Source: Acetothermia bacterium UBA3571
Lineage (GTDB): Bacteria; Bipolaricaulota; Bipolaricaulia; Bipolaricaulales; Bipolaricaulaceae
Length of the DNA: 64,000 nt
Direction of reading: 5' to 3'
Assembly: GCA_002375995.1 (NCBI GenBank)
Contig: DFNI01000011.1
Location: forward strand, 13,333-77,332
The position numbers and the translations under genes are program-made. Under the pieces are notes generated by a model. It searched no databases. It saw only the letters and a list, made by a program, of their open reading frames with translations, and had not been told where the DNA came from. This document shows, piece by piece, positions 56,051-64,000 of this stretch (positions are counted from its first letter, which is position 1; each line of letters begins with the position of its first letter).

Positions 56051-58747
56051 TTACGGGCTTACAGGCTCGAGCTTCACCGCACAGACCTTGTACTCCGGGA
56101 TCTTGGAAATCGGGTCCAGGGCGGGATTGGTGAGGCGGTTGGCGGCAGCTTCCCCGAAGTGGAAGGGGATGAACACGGTACCTTGGGGAACCCGTGCGGT
56201 CACCCGGGCCACCACCTCGATGGAGCCCCGCCGGGACGAGACCCTGACCCTGGCTCCGTCCTCGATCCCGTACCGCTCGGCATCGACGGGGTTCACCTCC
56301 ACATACGCCTCGGGGGAAAGCTCCTGGAGCCCCTTCACCCTTCCGGTCATAGTGCGGGAATGGAAATGGTAGAGCACCCTCCCCGTGGTCAGGATCAGTG
56401 GGTATTCCTCGTCGGGGTACTCGTCGGGATCCCGATACTCCACCGGGTGGAACCTGCCCTTCCCCCTGGGAAAGCGGTCTTTATGCAAAAAAGGAGTGCC
56501 CGGATGATCCGGCGAGGGACAGGGCCACTGGAGCCCCTCCCCTTCCAGGCGCTCATAGGAAATCCCCCCGTAAATGGGCACCAGCGAGGCGATCTCGTCC
56601 ATGATCTCGCGCGGGTGTTTGTACCCCATGGGATAGCCGAGCCGGGCCGAAAGTTCGCACAGGATTTCCCAGTCGGGCTTTGCCTCGCCGGGGGGATCGA
56701 AAGCCGTCCGTATCCTCTGCACCCTGCGCTCGGTGCTGGTGAAGGTGCCGTCCTTCTCGGCGAAGCTCGCAGCAGGCAAGATCACATCGGCGTAGCGGGT
56801 CGTCTCGTTGGGGAAGATGTCGATCACTACGAGAAACTCCAGTTTCTCTAAGGCTTCGGCCACATGTTGGATATCGGGGTCGGAGACCATGGGGTTCTCC
56901 CCCATGATCACCATGGCCTTGACCTTCCCCTCCTCCGCTGCCCGGAACATCTCTACCACCGTGAGCCCGGGCTTTCTCGGGATCCCCCTGCCCCAAGCCC
57001 GCTCGAACTTCTCCCTGACCCCGGGGTCGGAAAGCTTCTGGTATCCCGGGAGGACGTTGGGAAGGGCCGCCATGTCGCAGGCACCTTGGACGTTGTTCTG
57101 GCCCCGCAGGGGGTTCACCCCGGTGGAGCGTCTCCCTACGTTTCCGGTGAGCATGGCCAAGTTCGCGATGGCGAGGACGTTGTCGGTGCCGGATGTGTGT
57201 TGGGTGAGGCCCATGGCGTAGAAGATCATTCCCCGCTCGGCCTTGCCGAACGCCCGGGCCGCCTCCACCAGGAGTCTCGCCGGGATCCCGGTGATTTCCT
57301 CCACGTACTCGGGGGTATACCGCTCCACTGTCCGGGCGAACTCCTCGAAGTTCTCACAGCGCTCCTCGACGAATTCCCGGTCCCACAGCCCTTCCCGGAG
57401 GATTACGTGACAGAAGCCATTTATCCAGGCCACATCGGTTCCCGGTCGCTGTCGTAAGTGGAAGCGGGCGATCTCGGCGAGCTCGATCCGGCGGGGATCC
57501 ACCACGATCAGGGTGGCGCCCCGGCGCACCGCCCTTCGGATCTCCTGGGCCACGATGGGATGGGCTTCGGAGGTATTGGAGCCCGTGACCAAGATGCAGT
57601 CTGCATCAAGGATCTCGTCGATGGAGTTGGTCATGGCCCCGGAGCCGAAGGCCTGGACCAATCCGGCCACGGTGGGGGCGTGACAGAGCCTGGCGCAGTG
57701 GTCCACGTTGTTGGTGCCGATTACGACCCGCATGAACTTCTGGAACAGGTAGTTTTCCTCGTTGGTACACTTGGCCGAAGCTAGCCCTGCGATAGCATCC
57801 GGCCCGTATTTCTCCTTGATCTCCCGGATTTTTTTCGCCACGAATTCTAAAGCCTCATCCCAGCTCGCCTCCCGGAAGCGATCCCCTTCACGGATGAGGG
57901 GCGCCCGGAGCCGATCTTCCCGGTGGACGAAGGAGAGGCCGAAGCGGCCCTTCACACAAAGCCTGAAGCCCCGATACCCCCCCGAGACCTTGACGATCCG
58001 GTTCCCTTTTAGGTGCAGGGTGATGCGGCAGCCGCAGCCGCAGAAGGGGCAGACCGTTTCCACTTCCCTGAGCTCCCATTCTCGGCCGCGGAAGCGCCGT
58101 TCCTTTTCGGTGAGGGCACCGGTAGGGCACACGGCCACGCACTGGCCGCACAGCTCGCAATCCGTTTCGGTAAGGGCCTTATCGAAAGCGGTGGTTACCC
58201 GGGTGGAGAATCCCCGGAACGCGAAATCCAGGATCCCCCGCCCCTGGACCTCGTCGCATGCCCGCACACACCGGCCACATAGGATGCATTTTTCGGGCTC
58301 GTAGCGGATGAAGGGGTTGTCTTCCCGAGGGGGGGCTTCTTTCCGCGCGTGGTGCGGGCCGATGAACCTGTTCTCCTCCAAGCCAAATTCATACGCATAG
58401 CGCTGGAGCTCACACGAGCCGTTTTTCTCGCAGGTGAGGCAATCCATAGGATGGTCGGAGAGGATGAGCTCTAGAGTCAGCCGCCTGAGCCTTCGGAGGC
58501 GTTCGGTATCGGTGTGTACCTCCATTCCTTCCTCGGCCCGGTGGTAGCAAGCGGTGAGCAATCTCCCGTCGACCTCCACCAAGCACAGCCTACACGCCCC
58601 GGCGGGGGAGAGTTCGGGGTGGTAGCAGAGGTGGGGGATCTCGATCCCCGCCGCCTCCGCCGCCCGGAGGATGGTGGTCCCCTCGGGGACCTCTACCTCC
58701 CTCCCGTCTATCCGCAACTTGACAAGCTTTTCCATCTCTTCCTTCAC
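56051..58747 (-). CDS. fdsA: NAD-dependent formate dehydrogenase catalytic (alpha) subunit, molybdopterin-containing, Cys-type
   Basis: N-terminal 2Fe-2S and 4Fe-4S domains (NuoG-like), then the molybdopterin oxidoreductase domain; the active-site Cys in HCARLCHAP sits where FDH-H has selenocysteine (no in-frame TGA). Confidence 0.9.
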   Translation of the reverse strand: MKEEMEKLVKLRIDGREVEVPEGTTILRAAEAAGIEIPHLCYHPELSPAGACRLCLVEVDGRLLTACYHRAEEGMEVHTDTERLRRLRRLTLELILSDHPMDCLTCEKNGSCELQRYAYEFGLEENRFIGPHHARKEAPPREDNPFIRYEPEKCILCGRCVRACDEVQGRGILDFAFRGFSTRVTTAFDKALTETDCELCGQCVAVCPTGALTEKERRFRGREWELREVETVCPFCGCGCRITLHLKGNRIVKVSGGYRGFRLCVKGRFGLSFVHREDRLRAPLIREGDRFREASWDEALEFVAKKIREIKEKYGPDAIAGLASAKCTNEENYLFQKFMRVVIGTNNVDHCARLCHAPTVAGLVQAFGSGAMTNSIDEILDADCILVTGSNTSEAHPIVAQEIRRAVRRGATLIVVDPRRIELAEIARFHLRQRPGTDVAWINGFCHVILREGLWDREFVEERCENFEEFARTVERYTPEYVEEITGIPARLLVEAARAFGKAERGMIFYAMGLTQHTSGTDNVLAIANLAMLTGNVGRRSTGVNPLRGQNNVQGACDMAALPNVLPGYQKLSDPGVREKFERAWGRGIPRKPGLTVVEMFRAAEEGKVKAMVIMGENPMVSDPDIQHVAEALEKLEFLVVIDIFPNETTRYADVILPAASFAEKDGTFTSTERRVQRIRTAFDPPGEAKPDWEILCELSARLGYPMGYKHPREIMDEIASLVPIYGGISYERLEGEGLQWPCPSPDHPGTPFLHKDRFPRGKGRFHPVEYRDPDEYPDEEYPLILTTGRVLYHFHSRTMTGRVKGLQELSPEAYVEVNPVDAERYGIEDGARVRVSSRRGSIEVVARVTARVPQGTVFIPFHFGEAAANRLTNPALDPISKIPEYKVCAVKLEPVSP

Positions 58748-58764
58748 CCGTCACGCGTTACGCG

Positions 58765-60627
58765 TCACGCAGTTCCTATTGCTCCCTTCGGACACGCGGC
58801 CACACACGCCCCACAGCGGATGCAGATCTCCACCAAGATCCGATGGGGCTTTCCTTTCTCGCCCACGATGGCCCCTTGGGGACAGGCTTTGGCGCAGAGG
58901 CCACAGCCTACACAGGTCTCGGGATCGATGTGGTAAGCGATCAAGGCCCGGCAAGCCCCGGCAGGACATTTCCCGGCGAGATGGGCCTCGTACTCGTCGC
59001 GGAAATAGCGGAGGGTGGTGAGGACCGGGTTGGGCGCGGTGCGGCCCAGGCCACAGAGCGACGCCTCCTTGACCCCGGAAGCGAGCTCGGAAAGGAGCTC
59101 GGGGTCCCCGGGCTTCCCCTGGCCCTCCGTGATCCTGGAGAGGATCTCGAGCATACGCTTCGTGCCGATCCGGCAAGGGGGGCATTTGCCGCAGGACTCG
59201 GCCTGGGTGAACTCGAGGAAGAACCGCGCGAGCTCCACCATGCAGGTGTCCTCGTCCACCACCACCATCCCCCCCGACCCCATCATCGCCCCGGCCTCGG
59301 TGAGGGACTCGTAATCGATGGGGAGATCCAGGAGCTCCTCCGGGAGGCACCCTCCGGACGGCCCCCCGATCTGGACCGCCTTGAAGCGCTTTCCCTCGGG
59401 AGGGCCCCCACCGATATCGAAGATGAGCTCCCGGAGTGTAGTCCCCATGGGGACCTCCACCAACCCCGTGTTCCGGACCCTCCCCGTGAGGGAGAAGATC
59501 TTTGTGCCCGGAGAGCCCTCGGTCCCCAGGGAGCGGAACCACTCGGCCCCGTTGCGGATGATGTGGGGGACGTTGGCCCAGGTCTCCACGTTGTTGATAT
59601 TGGTGGGGCGTCCCCAGAGGCCTTCTTGGGCAGGGAACGGGGGCCTGGGGCGGGGCTGTCCCCTTCTTCCCTCAATGGAGGCGATGAGCGCCGTCTCCTC
59701 ACCGCACACGAACGCCCCCGCCCCCTCGAAGACGTGGAGCACGAAGGAAAAGCCGGTCCCGAGGATGTTTTCGCCGAGAAGCCCCAGTTCCTCGGCCTGT
59801 TGAATAGCGATCCTCAGGTGCTTCACCGCCAGAGGGTACTCGGCCCGCACGTAAACGTAGCCTTCATCGGCGCCGATGGCGTAGGCGCCGATGAGCATCC
59901 CCTCGATCACCGCGTGGGGGTTTCCCTCGAGGACCGAGCGGTCCATGTAGGCCCCGGGATCCCCCTCATCGGCGTTGCAGATCACGTACTTCTTGCTGCC
60001 TTTGGCTTTTCTGCAGAACTCCCATTTCCTCCCTGTGGGAAAGCCCGCTCCCCCCCGGCCCCGCAGGCCCGAGTGCTTTATCTCCTCGATCACCTCTTCG
60101 GGTGCTAGCTCCAGGGCTTTCACCAAAGCCGAATATCCTCCGGTGGCGATGTACTCAAAGATATCCAGCGGATCGATGAAACCGCAGTTGCCCAGTACCA
60201 CCCGCCGCTGCGTGCGGTAAAAGGGATGAGCACTTATGTGGGGCAACTCAGCGAGAGCAGGTGGAGGAGAAACTGGTCCTTTTCCATCCATCCAAAAGAG
60301 TGCACCTTCCCTTGGTAGTTCGCCGTTTTCCACCGCGTGGGCCAGGAAACGCGCTCCTTCTCCGTCCAAGCCGCCATAGACCACTCGAAGTCCTGTGGGG
60401 AACCGGACCTCCACCAGTGGCTCCTGAGCGCAAAGACCTAGGCACCCGGTTTTCCCCACGATCCACCCGGAGCCCGTTTCTTCGCTCAACGCTTGGTAAA
60501 CCTCTTCCGCACCGGCCGCGAGGCCACAAGAAGCCATGCCCACCACCAACTTCCCCGGCGTGGGCCACAACCTCCGCAGCCCCTCTTCTCGCAGCCGGTG
60601 TAGATCCTCAGCGGTTATCCGCGGCAT
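58765..60627 (-). CDS. fdsB: NAD(H)-binding formate dehydrogenase beta subunit (NuoF/FdsB-like) with an N-terminal NuoE-like 2Fe-2S domain and C-terminal 2x[4Fe-4S]
   Basis: FMN/NADH site (GRGGAGFPTGRKW), SLBB domain, 4Fe-4S (ESCGKCPPCR), C-terminal ferredoxin motifs. Confidence 0.9.
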   Translation of the reverse strand: MPRITAEDLHRLREEGLRRLWPTPGKLVVGMASCGLAAGAEEVYQALSEETGSGWIVGKTGCLGLCAQEPLVEVRFPTGLRVVYGGLDGEGARFLAHAVENGELPREGALFWMDGKGPVSPPPALAELPHISAHPFYRTQRRVVLGNCGFIDPLDIFEYIATGGYSALVKALELAPEEVIEEIKHSGLRGRGGAGFPTGRKWEFCRKAKGSKKYVICNADEGDPGAYMDRSVLEGNPHAVIEGMLIGAYAIGADEGYVYVRAEYPLAVKHLRIAIQQAEELGLLGENILGTGFSFVLHVFEGAGAFVCGEETALIASIEGRRGQPRPRPPFPAQEGLWGRPTNINNVETWANVPHIIRNGAEWFRSLGTEGSPGTKIFSLTGRVRNTGLVEVPMGTTLRELIFDIGGGPPEGKRFKAVQIGGPSGGCLPEELLDLPIDYESLTEAGAMMGSGGMVVVDEDTCMVELARFFLEFTQAESCGKCPPCRIGTKRMLEILSRITEGQGKPGDPELLSELASGVKEASLCGLGRTAPNPVLTTLRYFRDEYEAHLAGKCPAGACRALIAYHIDPETCVGCGLCAKACPQGAIVGEKGKPHRILVEICIRCGACVAACPKGAIGTA

Positions 60628-61081
60628 AAAGCTCCTTTACGATCTCCACTGCCCGTTCCGGAGTCAGTCGCCCATGGGCAACCCCATCCACCACCATCAC
60701 GGGCGCCAAACTACAACAACCCACACAACGGACCACTTCTACTGAGATTCCACTTTTAGGGGGCTCCTCGGGCCGGAGGTCGAGCTCCCTTACCAGGGCC
60801 TCAAGGATCGCTCGACCTCCCTGCACATGACACGCCGTACCTTGGCATACCTGAACCAAATGTTTCCCTTTCGGAGAGAGGCTGAACTGGGCGTAGAAGG
60901 TGGCCACGCCGTAAACGCGGCTCACAGGGAGTTTCAGGTGCTTCGCCACTTCTTCCAGTCCCTCGGGAGGAAGATACCCGAAGTGGTCTTGTATCCGTTG
61001 GAGAAGAAGGATCAGCGACCGAGAGGCTTGTTCAGCCAAAAGCTCTCGCACCTTTTCCCGAAGGTCCTTTTTTCCCTCCAC
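60608..61081 (-). CDS. fdsG: NuoE-like [2Fe-2S] subunit (formate dehydrogenase gamma, FdsG)
   Basis: CQGTACHV....CVGCCSLAPV thioredoxin-like 2Fe-2S motif. Confidence 0.85.
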   Translation of the reverse strand: MEGKKDLREKVRELLAEQASRSLILLLQRIQDHFGYLPPEGLEEVAKHLKLPVSRVYGVATFYAQFSLSPKGKHLVQVCQGTACHVQGGRAILEALVRELDLRPEEPPKSGISVEVVRCVGCCSLAPVMVVDGVAHGRLTPERAVEIVKELYAADNR

Positions 61082-61517
61082 AATGATTTAGGTACATCAG
61101 CCGTGGCCTGGCTGTCAAATTTGTGCCCGGGCTAGGCTGCCATATTTGAGCCCCATTTTGTAAGTGCACGAGTTTTAAGCAACGAACTGTTTGGATTATT
61201 GAGGCGCTGTTATTTTTTCGTGCGGGGCCTTAATACAAGGGGAGACCTTCTTCCGCCCTTGGGACGTCGGGGCGGGGCCTCGATCCTTTAACTCGAGGCT
61301 CGGATGGAGGGTCTGTGGTGTAGCCAGCGAGATGCGCGAGTTGGCCTAGGATCATCCGTTTCCGTTGACGAAAATGCGCTTGTGCTGCGGATACCGGATT
61401 TTGGTAGCTCAGCGGAGCTCTCATATATCAATCGAGCTTCCCCTCTCAGCATCGTTTTCCAACGAGGAGATCGTGGCCTTGCCGTTCTGAGGCGGAGTTA
61501 TTATGATTTTTGTGGGT

Positions 61518-61594
61518 GCGCCCGTAGCTCAGCAGGACAGAGCAGCGGCTTCCTAAGCCGCAGGTCGGAGGTTCGAGTCCTCCCGGGCGTACCA
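61518..61594 (+). tRNA. tRNA-Arg (anticodon CCT), CCA encoded
   Basis: Manual cloverleaf: acceptor GCGCCCG/CGGGCGT, D-arm GCTC..GAGC, anticodon loop TTCCTAA, T-loop TTCGAGT. Confidence 0.85.
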
Positions 61595-61598
61595 GGTC

Positions 61599-61688
61599 GG
61601 AGGGGTGCTGGAGCGGTCTAACAGGCACGCCTGGAGAGCGTGTGCGCCCCAGAAGGGCGCCGTGGGTTCGAATCCCACCCCCTCCGCC
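61599..61688 (+). tRNA. tRNA-Ser (anticodon GGA), CCA encoded
   Basis: Manual cloverleaf: acceptor GGAGGGG/CCCCTCC, anticodon loop CTGGAGA, long variable arm GCGCCC-CAGAA-GGGCGC, T-loop TTCGAAT. Confidence 0.85.
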
Positions 61689-61962
61689 AGGCCCGTGCAC
61701 GGTGGGGGGTTAGCGGTCCCCTGTACCCAAAACCCGCTACATGTGGGGCCGATGGGCCTCCCGAGAGGTCCGGAGGCGGAAGCGGGCCGGGTACGGAGGC
61801 GTCGACGGCCGAGCCCCCTACGACGCACACCGGTGAACCCCGCCAGGCCCGGAAGGGAGCAACGGTAAGCCGGTCCCTGCGGGTGATAGGGGATCCCTTG
61901 GCCTGAGCCGAAGGCCCGGAGGCGCCCGCCGAAGGACACCGACGGAGGTCCGCACGGGCTCT
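61689..61962 (+). ncRNA. ffs: Signal recognition particle RNA (long, Alu-domain-containing form)
   Basis: Domain IV/helix 8 consensus CAGGCCCGGAAGGGAGCAACGG with a GGAA tetraloop; terminal stem pairing GGCCCGTGCACGG with CCGCACGGGC; followed by a T-run; about 274 nt and non-coding. Confidence 0.6.
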
Positions 61963-61974
61963 TTTCTTATGCCC

Positions 61975-62685
61975 TCAGGAGTTGATACCACCGCTCTCCC
62001 ATTTCTCCTGAGGCAACGTAGTCGCATGTGTGCTCCTTTTCAGCGCCATTTTCCTGCTCCGCGTTTCCCTTGTCTTCAATGCGGAAGCTTGGTGGGCCGG
62101 TAGTATTGGCCAAGATCGCCCCGCCAGCCCTCTTGCTCGTATTCCGGCAACCTGACCCAGGTCCGGCGGGGCTTGGCGATGGTCTCCAGTACTTCGAACT
62201 TCGCGAAAAAGAGCCCGCTCCACGTGGCTTATCTCCAGGATCCTGAACCCCTCCAAAAGCTTCTCCACCTCGCCCCGATCAGAGTAATGGTGGGGAATCC
62301 CCGCATCCTCCCCAGTGTCGGGGATAAAGGTGCCCGGTTCGATCTCCTTCCCCTTTCCGTAGCGGTAGCTCCGTTTGGACTTAAACTCGAGGAGGGCCAG
62401 GCCCCCGGGCCGGAGGACCCGATGTAGCTCGGCGATCGCCCGCCGCATATCCTCCAGGGTACCGTGGTAGATCGAGGCAATGGCGATCGCGGCGTCGAAG
62501 GCGCCGTCGGGATAGGGGATCCTCCGCATATCGGCATGGACGAGGGTGGCGCGGAGGCCCGCCGCCCGGAGCCTCTCCCGGCAGATCCGGAGCGCCTCGG
62601 CGGAGGAATCGAGACCGTGGACCTCGGACCCCTCCCGGGCGAAGAAGATGACGTGCCTCCCGGCGCCGCACCCGAGGTCCAGCAC
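61975..62685 (-). CDS. Class I SAM-dependent methyltransferase; the conserved N-terminal helix lies in frame upstream but has no start codon
   Basis: GxGxG motif VLDLGCGAGRH, acidic loop VHGLDSS, motif II RPGGLALLE; the annotated start is a GTG right at motif I. Confidence 0.65.
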   Translation of the reverse strand: MLDLGCGAGRHVIFFAREGSEVHGLDSSAEALRICRERLRAAGLRATLVHADMRRIPYPDGAFDAAIAIASIYHGTLEDMRRAIAELHRVLRPGGLALLEFKSKRSYRYGKGKEIEPGTFIPDTGEDAGIPHHYSDRGEVEKLLEGFRILEISHVERALFREVRSTGDHRQAPPDLGQVAGIRARGLAGRSWPILPAHQASALKTRETRSRKMALKRSTHATTLPQEKWESGGINS

Positions 62686-62776
62686 GCGCCGGAGGCCCCT
62701 CCCCTTGAGGAGCGCGGCGAACCTCCGAACCGACCAGGCGGGCTCCCGGGGCGCGAACTTCCCCTCCCGGAAGAGC

Positions 62777-63298
62777 TCATCCTACGTGACCATCGGTCCC
62801 CTGCCCCGTGAGCCGCCCCCGGATCGTCCGGATCACCTCCGCGGGGTCGCGGGTGGAGAACACGAGCTCCCGCAATTTTCCCCCGCGGAGCTCGAGCACC
62901 ACCCGGGGGCTCCCGAAATCCACGAACGCCATGGTCCAGCCGCTCCGCAGCCGGCGCACCCTCCACCCCGCGCCGCCATACAGGCCGGAGGAACGCCCCG
63001 CCCGCCGGACACCCGCCACCCGCTCCCAGGGGACGGCTCGCCTCATGGTCCCGAACGCCACGGTGATCTCCCTCTCCCCGATCTCGACCGTGAGCCGTCG
63101 GAAGTTCCCGAACAACGCGGTCAGTGCCAGGCACAGCCCCGCCATCAAGCCCCAGAACCAACCGGGGAGGGAGTCGTTCCAGATCGGTCCCACGAAGAGC
63201 CAGTAGAGAAGGACACAGACGAATCCGGCGGTGAGGAGGCCGAAGGTCCAGGCGAGCCATATGGCGTACGGGAGCCGGATTTCCTCCCTATACAGCAT
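62777..63298 (-). CDS. Membrane protein with two N-terminal TMs and a PH-like (bPH/DUF304-like) domain
   Basis: Hydrophobic N-terminus (AIWLAWTFGLLTAGFVCVLLYWLFVG...) followed by a beta-rich soluble domain; family call is weak. Confidence 0.45.
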   Translation of the reverse strand: MLYREEIRLPYAIWLAWTFGLLTAGFVCVLLYWLFVGPIWNDSLPGWFWGLMAGLCLALTALFGNFRRLTVEIGEREITVAFGTMRRAVPWERVAGVRRAGRSSGLYGGAGWRVRRLRSGWTMAFVDFGSPRVVLELRGGKLRELVFSTRDPAEVIRTIRGRLTGQGTDGHVG

Positions 63299-63947
63299 CG
63301 CAGCCCCCCGTGCCCGGCCCGGGCTTCCTCCCGGAGGCCACGAAGATGCTCACCCGGGCGTGTGCGTCGCCCGCACTCGCCCGCGCGCAGCAATCCTCCC
63401 CGGCGCACTCCACCCGCACGTCCACCAGCCCGGCCCCCCGGAACCATCGCGCGACCTCCTCCCGCCGGAACCCCAGCCAGCGGTCGTGGTGCTCGGTCCG
63501 GAGGAACTCGAAGCGGTGCTCGTCCAGGTCCGTGACGACGAGCACCCCTCCCGGCCGGAGGATCCGGGCCATCTCCCGGATCGCGCGGAGTGGATCCTCC
63601 ACGTGGTGGAGGCACATGTTGGCAAAGGCGTAGTCCACGCTGGCATCGGGGAGGGGCAGGGACTCCGCCGTGCCCTCCCGGAGCTCGAGCCCCTCGGCTC
63701 CGGCGAACTTCCGTGCCATCTGGGCCCGCATCGCCGTGGAGGGCTCGACCGCGATCACCCGGAGGCCCCGGCGCAGGAGCCCCTCGGCCATGAAGCCGGT
63801 CCCGGCCCCGATGTCCGCCGCGACCCTCCCCGGCCGCACCCCGGCGACGGCGAGCGCCCGCTCCCTCACTGCCTCGGAGAAGAACTGTGCCCGCATCCTG
63901 TCCCACTGCTCCGCCACGCGGTCGAAGTACCCTTCCTCCGGAACCAT
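63288..63947 (-). CDS. Class I SAM-dependent methyltransferase (Methyltransf_11-like) with a Cys-rich C-terminus
   Basis: Motif I DIGAGTGFMAE, acidic loop VIAVEPS, motif II LRPGGVLVVTDL; C-terminal CAGEDCC. Confidence 0.75.
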   Translation of the reverse strand: MVPEEGYFDRVAEQWDRMRAQFFSEAVRERALAVAGVRPGRVAADIGAGTGFMAEGLLRRGLRVIAVEPSTAMRAQMARKFAGAEGLELREGTAESLPLPDASVDYAFANMCLHHVEDPLRAIREMARILRPGGVLVVTDLDEHRFEFLRTEHHDRWLGFRREEVARWFRGAGLVDVRVECAGEDCCARASAGDAHARVSIFVASGRKPGPGTGGCDAV

Positions 63948-64000
63948 CTTATCCTCCTCTCCGCCCCTTCCGGGGGCTCAGATCCTCAGAGATTGCCTTC

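Noticed and set aside
56051-58747. Possible selenocysteine (TGA recoding) in the formate dehydrogenase alpha subunit
   Set aside because: The active-site position carries Cys (HCARLCHAP). The ORF is uninterrupted and no SECIS-like hairpin is needed.
61395-61425. tRNA-like fragment GGTAGCTCAGCGGAGCTC upstream of the tRNA array. It might be a pseudo-tRNA or integration scar.
   Set aside because: It cannot be folded into a D-arm or cloverleaf. There is no matching acceptor or T-arm and no integrase or repeat nearby.
61553-61939. ORFs overlapping the tRNA-Arg/tRNA-Ser/SRP RNA array (61553..61939 -, 61605..61868 +, 61640..61906 +, 61618..61830 -)
   Set aside because: The region is occupied by structured RNA genes with clear cloverleaf and SRP helix 8 signatures.

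Overview
This 64 kb window is a high-GC (about 65%) chromosomal segment from a thermophile-like bacterium. The ORFs are compact, often overlap by 4 bp, and use GGAGG-type ribosome-binding sites; the tRNA genes encode their CCA ends. Three parts stand out. (1) Bases 360-12,720 form a heavy-metal homeostasis island. It holds a CzrA/SmtB-type ArsR repressor facing a Zn/Cd-type P1B ATPase. That ATPase is followed by a secreted DUF1573 plus double-rhodanese protein and a thioredoxin-CcdA fusion. A tiny YHS protein sits next to a decayed EfeU/FTR1 permease gene. Two tandem paralogous secreted nine-cysteine proteins of unknown family come next, then a DUF302 protein and a small His-rich membrane peptide. 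A CopB-type (CPH) Cu ATPase with a YHS/His-rich N-terminus, a K+ channel gene remnant and a CueR-like MerR regulator close the island. The MerR gene has a 20-bp-spacer promoter and is followed by a small thioredoxin-like protein. (2) The centre is housekeeping. It carries PolX, mnmA, a TIP49/RuvBL-type AAA+ ATPase that is unusual for bacteria, and a citrate lyase operon with a CitD-CitE fusion. Further on are tpiA, a glgC-galT-aldolase-pfkA-ctpA cluster, hpt, a MATE transporter and smc-scpA-scpB. (3) The 3' end holds a B12-binding radical SAM enzyme with a short MetE-like zinc methyltransferase. It also has mobA-fdhD and an NAD-dependent formate dehydrogenase operon (fdsGBA), a tRNA-Arg/tRNA-Ser/SRP RNA array and several methyltransferases. 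No CRISPR array, transposase or integrase was seen. Several genes look degraded. These are the FTR1 pseudogene, the K+ channel fragment, a frameshifted secreted protein, a truncated nucleotidyltransferase and a methyltransferase with no start codon. The cause could be real gene decay or assembly errors. The most novel candidate is the tandem nine-cysteine secreted protein pair inside the metal island. It probably works with the periplasmic thiol-redox proteins and rhodaneses as an undescribed periplasmic metal-handling module.
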